DNA from: Eledone cirrhosa
Taxonomy: Eukaryota
Direction of reading: 5' to 3'
Length of the DNA stretch: 64,000 nt
NCBI GenBank assembly: GCA_964016885.1
Contig: OZ024744.1
Location: forward strand, 79,298,001-79,362,000
Each line of letters starts with the position of its first letter. Within the stretch, counting starts at the first letter, position 1. The translations under genes and the position numbers were made by a program. Under the pieces are notes generated by a model, which searched no databases, was not told the origin of the DNA, and saw only the letters and a program-made list of their open reading frames with translations. Shown here piece by piece: positions 62,954-64,000 of this stretch.

Positions 62954-64000
62954 CTACATTTTAAATTTATATTTATATTTAAACGTTGAATTTAATCTAT
63001 GTCTGCAGCAACTGAATAAATTATTTCTTAAGTTCAGGGAATTTTTGGTCTTTAATATAAAGAATATTTCCTCTATACAAAGATCGCAATTTTCTGAAGA
63101 GGAGTTAAAAGGAGCAGCTTTTGGAATAATATTCCAAATCAGCGAATATTCAACGCTCTCTCGTTTTAGGTCCCATAATAGGCTAGATAGAGAAGTTGAA
63201 GATTTTTTGTTTGGATCTGTAAAAGAATTTTTATGATTATTGAAGCGGGATTTAAACTCTGTGGAAGTAGATCCTACATAATTAAATGAATTTAAATTAG
63301 TTTTTACATTACAATTATATACTACATTTTTAGCTAAGCAATTGTTATTTAGCGGACAGTTAGATTTATTTCTACAGTTACATTTATTCGATTGAATATT
63401 GCTTGGGTTATTATTGGTATTTTGGTTAGGTTTTAAATTTCTATTATTAATTCTATTGATATTTTGCGCTAAATTTTGGGTGGAAGAATAAGTTAATTTT
63501 ATAGTATGTCTATTAAAAATTGAGTAATATCTATGTGTTCTAGGGAAGCATTTGTCAAGAGCTTTAAAGAATAGTTTAGCAATAGGGGTTTTAATATTTA
63601 ATGAGAAAGGAGGAGCGAACCATAATATGTTCCTAGTTCTATTTCTTTTTCGGTTTTCTGAATTATTGTAAGGTTTTCTATTATAGTTGTTAAAATTGTT
63701 ACCATAGTTAAAATTGTTATTATTATGGTTAGTTGTTATATTATTATTATTATCGATGTATTTAATTTTATTTCTATACCCAGCTCTACCTAACGCTTCG
63801 TTGTAATAATGCGTTTTTTCATCAAATATATTCTTATTAGATGAAATTCTCGAAATTCGTTCTTGTACAGAGTTCACAATAGTATTTTTAACGGATCTGG
63901 GGGTGATTAGAGTTAAAATTGACATAATTTAAGTTCTCATTAAGTTTGTGAAATGGATAATGAAGACATGTGTTAAGAATTTGTTTTCTTTTTCTATTTA
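62954..64000 (-). pseudogene. Penelope-like element RT thumb + GIY-YIG (Hydra-clade-like), runs off window
   Basis: NSNHP, ILWFAPPFS, CNCRNKSNC (CxCx5C), VVY...YVGST..FKSRFNNH, CDLC..E, CCRH; frameshift near 63900. Confidence 0.85.

Overview
Eukaryotic, AT-rich, microsatellite-laden genomic DNA. The SINE repertoire suggests a coleoid cephalopod, probably an octopod (inference). Positions 715-25441 (+) carry the last 12 coding exons of HERC2 (end of RCC1-like domain 3 and the HECT domain, all GT-AG introns), and the introns are full of SINEs, MITEs and a minisatellite. The rest is transposon-derived: tandem Helitrons with a nested, decayed CsRn1-like Gypsy element (32666-38313), three Penelope-like (PLE) RT/GIY-YIG remnants, an RTE LINE whose 3' end is shared with a CORE-type SINE, and a possible last exon of a convergent gene. 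The most notable unannotated signal is about a dozen hammerhead ribozyme (HHR) motifs, six of them with intact cores. Four sit in short non-coding elements with terminal direct repeats (310-647 bp period) inserted in (TA)n tracts at 56.6-60.2 kb, which resemble retrozyme/PLE-mobilised elements. One lies on the sense strand of a HERC2 intron. All calls were read by eye and need computational confirmation.
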